Positions 45,108 to 54,720 of a DNA stretch of 63,718 bases are shown piece after piece. The position numbers and the translations under genes were made by a program. Position 1 is the stretch's first letter. Each line of letters starts with the position of its first letter. Origin of the DNA: a virus (Duplodnaviria > Caudoviricetes); the IMG/VR virus record IMGVR_UViG_3300048855_000181, positions 1 through 63,718 of that record; one strand, 5' to 3'. The notes under the pieces are model-generated. The model saw nothing but the letters and a program-made list of their open reading frames with translations. It had not been told where the DNA came from and did no database searches.

Positions 45108-45427
45108 GCCTGCACATCACAGAATTCGTTCGCGGCTTTGCTGGTGCTGTCCTGCTTCGTATCGAAGATTTGGTTACCCATGGCGTACCTTTCGATCAGG
45201 CAAAGCAGCAGGCGATAAAGGAACATGCATCGCAGCTAAAGGGCGCCGGCACACACAACGCCATGGCAATCAGGATGGTTGTGGAAGGCTTGCGGTTCAC
45301 TGATATGAGCGGCGAGACGATCAAAGCCCGTGAGGCATGGAGGCTGCATCAGATCGAGCAGCACCGCGGCCGGTCGGCCGGGTTCCTCGAAAAGATTTTA
45401 TTCAGATTTAGCGGATACTCATTCTAA
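45104..45427 (+). CDS. hypothetical protein
   Basis: ATGA coupling. Confidence 0.65.
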   Translation: MSLHITEFVRGFAGAVLLRIEDLVTHGVPFDQAKQQAIKEHASQLKGAGTHNAMAIRMVVEGLRFTDMSGETIKAREAWRLHQIEQHRGRSAGFLEKILFRFSGYSF

Positions 45428-45445
45428 GGGTGGAATCGGAAAGAT

Positions 45446-46708
45446 TTACTCCCCCTCTTTGGCGGCCATTTTAGACCCTTTGGGAGGGATTTTGAAGCTG
45501 GCACCACCCGGTCCCACGCTCATCTCCGGCCCTAAACTCAATATCGCCCCTAGCGCACTTAGTGGGGTGACATCTGCCTCCTGCTTGGGTGAGTTATGGA
45601 AGAGACCACTAACGGCCCCCTCGATCCATTTTTCAGGAAGGATTGCGCCTTCCTTCGTGGTCATTTCCATTGCTGTCTCAATCACCCAACTCGCCCGATT
45701 AATGTCCATACCATATCGGCGAAGCTCTCTTTGGTACACTAACTCTTCATCGTGAGAACGTCTTAGCAAGTTGATGCCGTAAATGCCCAATCCTAAGCAT
45801 ACAATGGTAAGTAATACGCCTCGTGCACCGAGAATCCAAACAAGGTACACTAGACTTCCAACCGGATCTATCGGACCCGCGTTACTCAATCGCTGCGCTA
45901 CCTGTATGAATTCTTGGAAGGTTAGAAACGCAAACGATCCTGCCATGAGGGAAATTGCGAATATTGCTACAATAAGCAGAGAGAATTTCCACCTAGTGGA
46001 ATAATTTCCCTGCGGCAACGTAAGAAACTCTTGAACCTGACTGCTAATTTCTTCTCGCTGTTTTCGTCTTGCCCGCTGGTGATCTGAAAAATCGAACTCT
46101 TTTATTCTCTCTTCGAGGGCTTCGCGATCCTTTGCAATCCGCTCCAAACTACCGCGCTCTGCAAGTTTCAGCTCGGCGTCGGCATCAGCTCTTTCCTGGT
46201 TCAGTTGAGTGCGGCTTTCAGCGTACTGAGCTTCTAAATTTGCTCTAACTTCCGCCGTCTCTGCGATCATTCGTTCATGCAAATCAGCTAAGGAAGCTAT
46301 TTGCTTTTCTAATAGCCCCACGGAAGTCGAGGCAGTGCTGTTCGGGGTCGATAGCTTTGGGAAAGTTACTATCGATCTTATTATCGCATCCAAGCGGATT
46401 GCTTGGGCCGCGGACATAACAGGATTGGTATTGGTCTGAGGGGTTATCGTAATCTCATCAAAGTATGCATCGTTGGCCTTAGATTTTATGTCCAGCCTAA
46501 AAAGATTATCCTCGGGATGGATCAACGAGTTCGTAAGTAGATAAGTTGGAGAGCTTTTCTTGCGTAGAGATTCAATATCTTCTCCGGCCAAGACAATCTC
46601 ACCATACTGATGAGTTCTGTGTTTCTTACCGAACTCTTCCTCAATCGCATCAAAGAGTTTAATAGTTGTGGTGTCAGGCATCTTGCCGACAATGTGTGTA
46701 ATCGGCAT
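45446..46708 (-). CDS. AT-richer moron membrane protein (coiled coil plus two TM helices)
   Basis: 420 aa; GGAGGG RBS; visibly lower GC than the flanks. Confidence 0.8.
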   Translation of the reverse strand: MPITHIVGKMPDTTTIKLFDAIEEEFGKKHRTHQYGEIVLAGEDIESLRKKSSPTYLLTNSLIHPEDNLFRLDIKSKANDAYFDEITITPQTNTNPVMSAAQAIRLDAIIRSIVTFPKLSTPNSTASTSVGLLEKQIASLADLHERMIAETAEVRANLEAQYAESRTQLNQERADADAELKLAERGSLERIAKDREALEERIKEFDFSDHQRARRKQREEISSQVQEFLTLPQGNYSTRWKFSLLIVAIFAISLMAGSFAFLTFQEFIQVAQRLSNAGPIDPVGSLVYLVWILGARGVLLTIVCLGLGIYGINLLRRSHDEELVYQRELRRYGMDINRASWVIETAMEMTTKEGAILPEKWIEGAVSGLFHNSPKQEADVTPLSALGAILSLGPEMSVGPGGASFKIPPKGSKMAAKEGE

Positions 46709-46792
46709 ATGCACCGCCCTCCCGAAATCCCCCCACACTTATTGTAGTCGCAGGCGATTGCAAAGCGATATATCTTCGAAAAATATGCTTGG

Positions 46793-47581
46793 TTAGATTT
46801 TAATTACTTTGGCAGAATGCACAGCGGGACGTAGATCGCGCTGATAGAAGAACTGCGCAGCTTCAGGCCAACGCGCGCACAGTTCCGGTTTATCGATCTC
46901 TGCCCTGCCCTTGCGGTCGACACCCATCTGGTGCGCGGCAAAGTCCAGCGTGTAACGAATGTCCTGCAGGATGCGATCTGCTATCTTTCGGTCCTGTACC
47001 AACCAAGGCATTTCATCCGCAATGATGACCGATTCAATGATGCGGAGGCACTTGGGAGGGAGATTGTTGCGCAAGTCTCGGATGATCTTCTGGCAGTCGA
47101 GCGCATGATCGGAAACATGGCGCGGACCAAACCCGCCGGACGGCGCAGCACCGAAGTCAACGGCCTTCAGGCCCCCAATAGCAGCACCATCCCATAGATC
47201 ACGAAGGCGATGGCCGGTCTCGATACGCAGCTGACCTTCATTCATGGCAATGGTCATCTTGCGATCGGTGCGCGGATGTTCAATCTTGGAATTGAGGAGA
47301 CGCTTCACCTCGAGCATTTCCAGAGAACCGGACGCAGCATTCCAGAATACCCTACTCCCACGGCCACCAATCTTCTTCCCCTGAAAGATCTTGCCGTCTC
47401 GCCCAGGCTCACCCGTGACAGGCACAAAGGACTGTACTGGTGCCTCCCATCCCTCGAAGCCGTACTCGGCCGCCATGCGGCCATAGAACAAAGCCCGCGC
47501 CTTCTCAAAATCCTTATCGCCAGCGCGATAGGTGTCCGATGGCAGCTTTCGCAGTAGTTTTACGATGTCATCGAGTTTCAT
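46793..47581 (-). CDS. putative late-gene regulator (DUF6456-like)
   Basis: Last gene of the replication operon; L..LW..A..G...AVDF pattern. Confidence 0.5.
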   Translation of the reverse strand: MKLDDIVKLLRKLPSDTYRAGDKDFEKARALFYGRMAAEYGFEGWEAPVQSFVPVTGEPGRDGKIFQGKKIGGRGSRVFWNAASGSLEMLEVKRLLNSKIEHPRTDRKMTIAMNEGQLRIETGHRLRDLWDGAAIGGLKAVDFGAAPSGGFGPRHVSDHALDCQKIIRDLRNNLPPKCLRIIESVIIADEMPWLVQDRKIADRILQDIRYTLDFAAHQMGVDRKGRAEIDKPELCARWPEAAQFFYQRDLRPAVHSAKVIKI

Positions 47582-47584
47582 GGA

Positions 47585-47863
47585 TCAGGCGGCCTTGAAA
47601 TAGGGATCAGGGAGAATGCCGCCATCTGCACGATTGGCTTTTAGCATATCGAGAATTTTCTGTCGTTCCGCAATCGTCATCTTGTTCCGTCCACGGAAGT
47701 CCTGATTGATCTGGCCAGATACCTGGCCCTTCGTCATTGGTGTAGCGAAGTATTTGGTCATCAAGGCTGCGATCGCATTCTCAGTATGCCCGCGGATGTA
47801 GAGCACACCGATGATGAAGCGCTGCTTCTCGGTATAGGTGCGGGAGCGGCCACGGCCTAACAT
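47585..47863 (-). CDS. hypothetical HTH-like protein
   Basis: Coupled ORF. Confidence 0.65.
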   Translation of the reverse strand: MLGRGRSRTYTEKQRFIIGVLYIRGHTENAIAALMTKYFATPMTKGQVSGQINQDFRGRNKMTIAERQKILDMLKANRADGGILPDPYFKAA

Positions 47864-48210
47864 GCCCTCGCCCTCCCTTTGATGACGACTACTGTCTTTC
47901 CTGTGCCCGGCTTGTGCATAGTTTGCGCGGCCTTCAGATCCTCGCGCTTGGATTTAAGCCACTCCTCTACTCCAAGGGATTCGGCGACCTTCTTTTCATT
48001 CAGCGGCATGGTGCCGGTGAGGGCCGGGAAGAGGATAGCCAGCGCCCGCTCGCGTGCTGCGTTTCGAGCGGCAGTTTCGGTCGGGAATATCCGCTTCTGT
48101 CCCTTCTCCTTCAGGTAGCGCCAGACGGCAGCACCTGGCAGACGATAAATGCCATAGATAACACCCTTAAAAACGAAGGCTTTCCATTCGGGCTGAAGGA
48201 AATCTGTCAC
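47857..48210 (-). CDS. hypothetical protein
   Basis: Coupled ORF. Confidence 0.65.
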   Translation of the reverse strand: MTDFLQPEWKAFVFKGVIYGIYRLPGAAVWRYLKEKGQKRIFPTETAARNAARERALAILFPALTGTMPLNEKKVAESLGVEEWLKSKREDLKAAQTMHKPGTGKTVVVIKGRARAC

Positions 48211-48419
48211 GATTTGTTTCTCTTCTGGTCGAGTGCGCTGCGCCCCGGTATTGGATCTCCGAAGGCGCGTTGGGTTATGTTGCGGGTGTCTCGCGGGACC
48301 ATCGACATCAAGCGCTCCGCCTGCGTCCGCACGAGTGTATGATTACGAGCCGTCGAAAGCCGTGCAGCGATTTTCCCGGCCGCGCCCTCCTTCACTCTCT
48401 GATTGTCCAACTTGGTCAT
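48207..48419 (-). CDS. hypothetical protein
   Basis: P.DTR..T....GDP.PGRSAL motif common in rhizobial phages. Confidence 0.7.
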   Translation of the reverse strand: MTKLDNQRVKEGAAGKIAARLSTARNHTLVRTQAERLMSMVPRDTRNITQRAFGDPIPGRSALDQKRNKS

Positions 48420-48420
48420 G

Positions 48421-49932
48421 TCAGACCAGCATCATTGGATTTGCGGCGAGTTCAGCCACGACTTCCAACTCGGCACCGCCGCCGAGTTCATAGAATGTGG
48501 TGGTTGCTCCATCCCAGCCGGTATCGACATCGCGCGGCCATCTGGATTCGCGGGAAAGAGCCAGGACGATCTTCGCCTTGTTCTCATTGGCCTTTGCCAA
48601 ATCCTCCCAGAAAGCTCGTAGGTGAGAATCCTCGGCGGGTTCATGCTCCATGAGGAAGACATAGGGCCGAAACGGTATGATGACGTGGTCGGCGTCCCGT
48701 TCCATGGCGCCGATGAGATCCACGTATTTTGGGCGGCGGGCGAGAATGGCATTCAGGAATTTCTCGTTTACGGGACCGCGCGTTGTATCGTTGAAGACAT
48801 TCTTCTTCAGCTGGGCGCAGCCGATCACAGGACAATCGAGCTCCCGGGCAAGCATCTTTAGCTTCATGGTAACGATCTGGCCAAACTCCCAATCAGAAAG
48901 GTTTCGTTCCGCATGCGACCGCTCGACAAGGCCGATGTGATCAATGACGAATAAGCCCTTGCCCTTCTTCTTCACGAACTGCCGGCAGCGCTCGATGATC
49001 ATGTCGATCGTGAGGCGCTTCTGCTGAATGAAGATCGGCTTGTCTCGATTGGCGTTCCGGAATTCAACAAGGCGTTCGAAATCCGGTTCCTGTACTTTGC
49101 CGCGTTTCTGGCGATTTACCGAAACTTTTGTCTCGCGGCTGCTTTCACGCATAGCGAGCTCTACTGCTGTCATCTCACCGGAATAGAACCAGACCGGGAC
49201 ACCTTCAGATGCAGCACCCATGGCAAGCTGGCCGGCAAGCGCCGATTTACCCTGCTTCGTTGCACCGCCGAGGATGATGAGCTGGCCACCGCACAGCGGT
49301 CCAATCAGACGTTCAAGAGGTGGGAAGCGGTAGTTCACGCCGACCGGCTTCTTGCCGCTGTAAGCGGTATTGGTATTTTCCAGCGCCTCGTCGAGAGCAT
49401 CACCGAATGCAGTGGCGCCGTAAATGCCGTCGTCATCCGATATCGCAGACGAGATGTTGCTGATCGTCGCCTCTCCCAGATCTTTGGGATCAACGTCAAC
49501 GGCCATGTTTCTGGCATCCCGGATCAGGTTTTCGCCGATCACGAGCAGCTGCCGACGTTTTGCGAGATCGTAAATTAGCTTGGCATTTGTCGGCATCATC
49601 ATCGGCGATGCAGCGCTTACCGCGAGCCTGGCTAAGTATGTCGCCAGTGTGATCTCACCAATCTTCTCATGTTCGGGCAAGAAGGACTTAATCGTGAGCG
49701 GATTGGCTACCTTCCCAGCTCTGATCATGTCCTGGGCCACATCGTAGATCTTGCGATGGACAGGTTCGAAAAAATGCGACTCCTCCAGAAAATTTGAAAC
49801 AAGCGACATAGTGTCGTTGTTCATGAGGATCGTGCCGAGTAGTTCTTGCTCAACCTCGATATTGACGATCGCCTCTGGAATTGGATCGTCCGTCCGCCGG
49901 GATCTCTGTTCTTCTTCAAATCGTGAATTCAT
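48421..49932 (-). CDS. dnaB: DnaB-like replicative helicase
   Basis: N-terminal EQELLG...FFEP.HR.I; Walker A GGATKQGKS; IDH; LAREL.CPV...QL; E.DAD. Confidence 0.92.
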   Translation of the reverse strand: MNSRFEEEQRSRRTDDPIPEAIVNIEVEQELLGTILMNNDTMSLVSNFLEESHFFEPVHRKIYDVAQDMIRAGKVANPLTIKSFLPEHEKIGEITLATYLARLAVSAASPMMMPTNAKLIYDLAKRRQLLVIGENLIRDARNMAVDVDPKDLGEATISNISSAISDDDGIYGATAFGDALDEALENTNTAYSGKKPVGVNYRFPPLERLIGPLCGGQLIILGGATKQGKSALAGQLAMGAASEGVPVWFYSGEMTAVELAMRESSRETKVSVNRQKRGKVQEPDFERLVEFRNANRDKPIFIQQKRLTIDMIIERCRQFVKKKGKGLFVIDHIGLVERSHAERNLSDWEFGQIVTMKLKMLARELDCPVIGCAQLKKNVFNDTTRGPVNEKFLNAILARRPKYVDLIGAMERDADHVIIPFRPYVFLMEHEPAEDSHLRAFWEDLAKANENKAKIVLALSRESRWPRDVDTGWDGATTTFYELGGGAELEVVAELAANPMMLV

Positions 49933-50588
49933 TTTGCTGGTCCTCCGAAGTTCAAGCGGGCCTGCCCTTTTTTGGCAGCCGTCTTTGCTTTCTTGTCTGC
50001 TTTTTTCTGGATGAGAGTTGAGCCGCCGCCGTTGACGACGAATAGGAGAATTCCGAATGCATCGGCCTCGTTGTCGTTCGAGGGACTGAGGCCACGCTTG
50101 CGGCAGTTCTGAAGCGACTGCTCTTTGGCCCATTTCTGACGGGCTACACTCTTCTCTCTGCGGATCTTGTCAGTGTCTCTTCTGTCGGTACGGAGTTCCG
50201 AGGGAACTGGCCCGATGCCGGTCTTGGCGTTTTTCCAAGACATCGGTGGAACGAAGAGCGGTTCGTCGAGACCTTTTGTCTCGCAGTAGAAGCGGGCAAG
50301 CGTTTTCCAGCCATCGGCGAGATCCTGCGACTCTTCGGTGCCGATCGAGCCAAACGATTGACCCTCGATCGCGATCTGAAGTGGCTGGTCTTCGATTCCG
50401 TGATCTTTGCGAAGCTGGGTAATGCTCTTCCAGAACCGAACGAAATAAAGCCCCTGCCGGACCCTCGCCTTGTTCTTGATTTCCAGCGGTGTTTTCAGCT
50501 TCCATGTTCCGAGAACGGGCACATTAGTTCCCGCTTTCAGCAGTGCCCATCCACAATTCAAAGAAGGATCTATTGCGAGGAAGTGCAT
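49929..50588 (-). CDS. RuvC-like Holliday junction resolvase
   Basis: LAIDPSL..GWA, IAIEG, DNEADA. Confidence 0.75.
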   Translation of the reverse strand: MHFLAIDPSLNCGWALLKAGTNVPVLGTWKLKTPLEIKNKARVRQGLYFVRFWKSITQLRKDHGIEDQPLQIAIEGQSFGSIGTEESQDLADGWKTLARFYCETKGLDEPLFVPPMSWKNAKTGIGPVPSELRTDRRDTDKIRREKSVARQKWAKEQSLQNCRKRGLSPSNDNEADAFGILLFVVNGGGSTLIQKKADKKAKTAAKKGQARLNFGGPAK

Positions 50589-50794
50589 TATTGTGCCCTT
50601 TCGAACTGTGTGCAGTCGCCTCGACGCTCATCACGGGCAATCGTGAGAACGCGAAGAACCCATGGTTCTGAACGACCGAGTGTTTCAGCGATTTGGAGGG
50701 TGTCTTGGCCGCGGGCGAACAGGTTGTTCGTCATCCGCTTGTGCCGCTCGTATTTGCTTTCGTATTTCTCGGAGGCAATGAGACAGGTGGTCAT
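50588..50794 (-). CDS. small HTH-like protein
   Basis: LFARG.DT..IA..LG..E..V. Confidence 0.65.
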   Translation of the reverse strand: MTTCLIASEKYESKYERHKRMTNNLFARGQDTLQIAETLGRSEPWVLRVLTIARDERRGDCTQFERAQ

Positions 50795-51372
50795 GCGACT
50801 TCTCCGAATTTTCCAGCCTCATCGCCCCAGACACTCCAGCCAGGACGATTGGTGCGACTGAAGAGTTCGACGCGACGAGCCTTCGGCATCAATCTCTCGG
50901 CTTCGAAATATGCCTCATCTGGCTTGCGAGAGTGCTCCCGCGCTTTGCCGTGAATGACGGATCGTGTCGACCTGGTGAGTTTCGGTTCGCCGCGCTTTGC
51001 AATAATGAAGGGCTCATGAGCACCGCGCAGCCCGTAGCCCGTGCCGAATGCCACTTTGCCGTGGGTGGTCATCTTCACCCAAACGCCCTCAGTACAATAC
51101 TCAAACCCCCACGCTTTGACGGTCGTTAGTTGCTGCGGCAACATCGGAGCGGTACACCAAAGCCAAAGCACGCAATTTGGACCGGCGAGATCCATGACAG
51201 GCATTGCGTTGATATCTACCAAGGCCATCGTGTTGTAATGGGCTTGGGCGCTCTTCCCCTCGCCCTTTTCTGACCTGAGCTCAAAGCGCCAAGGAGGGTC
51301 GGCCATGATAAAATCAAACCCTTGCGGGCTGAGGTCGCCAAAAGGCCAGTTAAAGAGTGGTCCGAAATTCAT
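50791..51372 (-). CDS. MT-A70 family adenine methyltransferase
   Basis: MADPPW, LWLW, WVK, REHSRKP, ELFSR. Confidence 0.92.
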   Translation of the reverse strand: MNFGPLFNWPFGDLSPQGFDFIMADPPWRFELRSEKGEGKSAQAHYNTMALVDINAMPVMDLAGPNCVLWLWCTAPMLPQQLTTVKAWGFEYCTEGVWVKMTTHGKVAFGTGYGLRGAHEPFIIAKRGEPKLTRSTRSVIHGKAREHSRKPDEAYFEAERLMPKARRVELFSRTNRPGWSVWGDEAGKFGEVA

Positions 51373-51453
51373 CGAATGTATCCTGGGGGAAAGAATGGCG
51401 GTGATGAGCTCACCGCCGGAAGCTACGCAGGTACGCTGTACTCGCAGAATGGC

Positions 51454-52020
51454 TTATTCAGCCGCGACGGACTGATCTTCGTCATCTTCATCAGCATCGG
51501 AATCGTCGGGGTCATCGCCCTTGACGAGCTCATTTTCGGTATCTTCGAGAGCAAGCACGAGGACGCGCTCTTCAGTGCCGCCATGGAAACCAGTCATCCA
51601 CGATTGGCCCTGCTCGCTATCGAGCGCATAAGGGTTTTCGCTTGTGCCATTGCCCATGATTCCGTGGTAACGGCCCTGCTCCCGGGCTTTGTCCACGCCG
51701 GGTGTGCGAGGTGTTTCGAGACGGAAAAGATCAGCCTGGGCCTTCGTGACCGGAGTTCCTAGAATGTAGAGATATTCGAGACGGGCTTTGAGTTCGGCAA
51801 CAGCTTCATCCAGCTTGCCGGACTTCTGAATGCGAATTGCCCATCCAGCCGCCTTGAGGTTGATACCCTTACCTTCGACATGCTTGATGACTGACTGGTG
51901 ATCATTCTTCGCAGCCTGCAGGGATTCATCGGCGCGTCTCAATTTGCTGAGATTGAGCGCGGTCACCGCATCTTCCGGCGGACCGTTCCGAAGCGCCACA
52001 ACGTTATCTTTCTTATTCAT
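51454..52020 (-). CDS. hypothetical protein, GapR-like N-terminus plus Rmf/CrpP-like C-terminus
   Basis: V.K.....G.NLKA...AIR..K and A...G...G..G.....NPY......W..GF..G. Confidence 0.6.
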   Translation of the reverse strand: MNKKDNVVALRNGPPEDAVTALNLSKLRRADESLQAAKNDHQSVIKHVEGKGINLKAAGWAIRIQKSGKLDEAVAELKARLEYLYILGTPVTKAQADLFRLETPRTPGVDKAREQGRYHGIMGNGTSENPYALDSEQGQSWMTGFHGGTEERVLVLALEDTENELVKGDDPDDSDADEDDEDQSVAAE

Positions 52021-52091
52021 TGAATTTCTCCGATCTTTAAGGTTTGCGTTGTCCGGCGCCGTGCGAATGACGATGTCGGTGTTTCATCTGC

Positions 52092-52508
52092 TCAATTTTG
52101 AGCAGCACGAATTCCCACGCTCGGTTGAGCGTGCTCCGGATTAATCTCATTGGAGTCCCTTAGTTCGACGCGCTTGGCTTTACTGTTGGCCGCGGCCTCG
52201 TCGTTGAGCCGGCACATTTCGTTGTATGCCAGCATGAGTTTGATGACGGTTTCGCCGCCCACATCTTTCATGTCTGCCCAACGCTGCCAGATCCGTTTGG
52301 CCATCGATAACTCGACGCCAGCGTTTTTGGCTGCCCGATCCCGGGCGGCAGTCCATGTGTCATATCTGCCGCGGTATGCGGCTTCAGACAGTTTCTCCAG
52401 CCAGAACAAAGTGCGTTGTGGCGTCGGCATGCCCTCAGTGTCGGTTAATGCACGCATGCGTTCACCGGCACGTCTTGTGTCGAATTCGACACGTATGATG
52501 TCACCCAT
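52092..52508 (-). CDS. CII-like regulator
   Basis: Downstream of cro; AAGGAG RBS; HTH-like AA..AGV......RIW. Confidence 0.6.
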   Translation of the reverse strand: MGDIIRVEFDTRRAGERMRALTDTEGMPTPQRTLFWLEKLSEAAYRGRYDTWTAARDRAAKNAGVELSMAKRIWQRWADMKDVGGETVIKLMLAYNEMCRLNDEAAANSKAKRVELRDSNEINPEHAQPSVGIRAAQN

Positions 52509-52647
52509 AACTTCTCCTTTTCTATAGCGTTGGCTACATCGAAGTGAGCGGTTGAAGGGAGACACACAGATGCACAAGCTTGACCGTCGCGAAACTGAGC
52601 AGCAAGTGCGGGTAGATTCGGTGGAACGAAATCGAGGATTGCCGGGA

Positions 52648-52848
52648 TCATTCGGCGGCCTCATTTGTTGTGTTGAAGAACGAAGCTGGGGGAACCAGGC
52701 CATCGGTAGCAACACAGATTTTATCCATGATCCTCTTGCTGAGATTTTCACCTCGCATGTAGCGATGGACTTGCATCCGACTGCGGTCAATCTTGGCCGC
52801 AAAATCGGTTACAGTGGTGTGGTCGCGAATGTACTGTTCAAGGGTCAT
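52648..52848 (-). CDS. cro: Cro-like repressor
   Basis: 66-aa HTH, I..AT.G.V...F; divergent from cI. Confidence 0.85.
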   Translation of the reverse strand: MTLEQYIRDHTTVTDFAAKIDRSRMQVHRYMRGENLSKRIMDKICVATDGLVPPASFFNTTNEAAE

Positions 52849-52909
52849 GTAGCAATATCTGCTACATTATTTGTTACACGTCAAGCACTATGTAACATTT
52901 TCTGGCATA
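52848..52909. promoter_or_regulatory. OR-like operators (TGTAGCA-N5-TGYTACA) and cro promoter
   Basis: Perfect palindrome 52848-52866; degenerate copies 52860-52878 and 52891-52909; minus-strand CTTGAC at 52880-52885. Confidence 0.75.
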
Positions 52910-52924
52910 GAAGGAATCAATCAG

Positions 52925-53734
52925 ATGCAGGATAAATGTGTCATGGTAGCAAAAAATTGGCTTGATCCTTTTATTAAGGCATCAAAGGTAGAGTCCCAAG
53001 AAAAGCTTGCGGATCTCATAGGCGTCTCTCGCGCTACAATTAACCGGCTCGCAAACGATCATTCGAAATTGAAAAAGGACCGGGCAGAGCAATTGTCGGG
53101 CCCGCTCGGCGTGACGGTTGACGAACTGATGCTAAACACACCACCGTCGAAAAAGGTCAAGGACAACAGGGCTAAGCTAGTTGCCAGCTATGACCCCGAC
53201 AATGCCGACACCATCGAGGCCGATGTCTCCATGTCTATTGGATCGGAGACGGGTTTGAATGGTGCGCCTGAAGGCAGCTCCGCTCAAATCGACGTAACCG
53301 GCGGAATGGGTGGTGGTGGACTTTCAATCATAAACGAAGGTGTTCCCGGCAAGCACGGAATGACTTTTGCAGCAGACCAGGTAAAAGACTACTGGCGGCT
53401 GCCTCCTTCTATCCTGGTTGCGCTCGGACTTTCTGCGAATGATGTTTCAATCGTTTCAGTTCAGGGGGATTCGATGCAACCGACTCTTGACGAAGGCGAT
53501 TGCGTATTCATCGACACCCGCCATCGGTGGCCATCGCCGGATGGTCTGTATGCCATCTTGGACGAGGTCGGAGGACTGGTAATAAAGCGGCTTGAAATTT
53601 CCAGCCATCACAGCGCCGAGCGGCAGACAATCAGCGTTATTTCAGACAATCCGCGTCATAAGACGAAGGAGTGGCTCGCTGACGAGCTACGCATCGTCGG
53701 CCGCGTACTGCGCCGGTTCGGCATCGTGAAGTAA
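52925..53734 (+). CDS. cI: CI-like repressor (HTH plus S24 peptidase)
   Basis: SQEKLA..IGVSR.TI.RL; V.GDSM.PTL..GD; IKRL. Confidence 0.92.
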   Translation: MQDKCVMVAKNWLDPFIKASKVESQEKLADLIGVSRATINRLANDHSKLKKDRAEQLSGPLGVTVDELMLNTPPSKKVKDNRAKLVASYDPDNADTIEADVSMSIGSETGLNGAPEGSSAQIDVTGGMGGGGLSIINEGVPGKHGMTFAADQVKDYWRLPPSILVALGLSANDVSIVSVQGDSMQPTLDEGDCVFIDTRHRWPSPDGLYAILDEVGGLVIKRLEISSHHSAERQTISVISDNPRHKTKEWLADELRIVGRVLRRFGIVK

Positions 53735-53742
53735 GGGACGCA

Positions 53743-54054
53743 ATGATCTATTTGATAGTCGCCCTGATCCTCGCCGTTTTGCTCTTCGGGTCGTCCGCGG
53801 TCATCGGTGTGATCGGACTGATTCTTGGCGTGGTGGCCACGGTCATTGCAATAGTTCTTGTGGTCGCTCTCTATGGAGTCACAGCCAATTCACTTCTCGG
53901 CGCCGGCATACTCTGCGTCGTCGCGATAGGTGTTATCGCGACCGTCTACCAAAGTTCGGAAAAGAAAAAGCGCGCAGAACTTGGACCGGATGCATTGAGG
54001 ATGCTGAAGGATGCTGAGCGTAAAGCCGCCGACAACCTCAAAAGCCGTGCTTAG
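53743..54054 (+). CDS. membrane protein co-transcribed with cI
   Basis: Three hydrophobic segments; AAGGGA RBS. Confidence 0.75.
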   Translation: MIYLIVALILAVLLFGSSAVIGVIGLILGVVATVIAIVLVVALYGVTANSLLGAGILCVVAIGVIATVYQSSEKKKRAELGPDALRMLKDAERKAADNLKSRA

Positions 54055-54266
54055 GGCGCAATATGGATTTTCACCAATTCCTCATAACTGAAAGTCACAC
54101 CGATCGCTTTCAGCGCGTCCACGAGCTGCGGCCAGTATTTGACAGGAAGTGTGTTCTTCCTACGCATTTCGGAAGCAGTGCTTTGCTTGACACCGATCAC
54201 GCGCCCAAAGGCGCTCGTGCCACCAAGTTTTTCAGCGATGTCCGATATAGTCTCGATCGTTTCCAT
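54051..54266 (-). CDS. second Cro-like HTH protein
   Basis: TI.DI...LGG..AFGR.IGV..S..SEM.R....P..YW..L. Confidence 0.75.
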   Translation of the reverse strand: METIETISDIAEKLGGTSAFGRVIGVKQSTASEMRRKNTLPVKYWPQLVDALKAIGVTFSYEELVKIHIAP

Positions 54267-54303
54267 GCTTCGGTGAGTAACAGTAATTCTGTCGGATTTC
54301 AAC

Positions 54304-54720
54304 ATGGATAATGTTAGTGCAAAAGCGATTGGTGACCGTCTCAAGCAGGCCAGGTCAAAGAAGTTCTCATCGGCTGCTAAGGCTGCTGCAGCGCTTGGTG
54401 TGAACTCCAGTACATATAGAGCCCATGAGAACGGCCAGATACCCGTCAATATTCAGACGGCGGTCCTCTATGGCGACTTCTTCGGTTGTGCTCCTGAATG
54501 GCTTATGACTGGTGCCGATCGGGTTGAGACGCGCGGCCGGCCACGAAAAGCAAGGCCGGATTACGCTCAGGTGTTGACTGATCTCGCAAAGGACCTCGAC
54601 AGCAAGACGCCAGAAGAGACAAAGGTGATCCTGCTCGAGACCGCGCGACACATCCGCGAAACAAATCAGTCGATGGCGAAATTGAAGCGCCTGTTCGCCC
54701 AGGTGATGGATGATGTTTGA
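54304..54720 (+). CDS. XRE-family HTH regulator
   Basis: RLKQAR...F.SA..AA..LG....TYRAHENG; PEWL.TG. Confidence 0.85.
   Translation: MDNVSAKAIGDRLKQARSKKFSSAAKAAAALGVNSSTYRAHENGQIPVNIQTAVLYGDFFGCAPEWLMTGADRVETRGRPRKARPDYAQVLTDLAKDLDSKTPEETKVILLETARHIRETNQSMAKLKRLFAQVMDDV

Noticed and set aside
52552-52935. 127-aa plus-strand ORF with an apparent RBS
   Set aside because: Antisense across cro and the operator region; no recognisable features.
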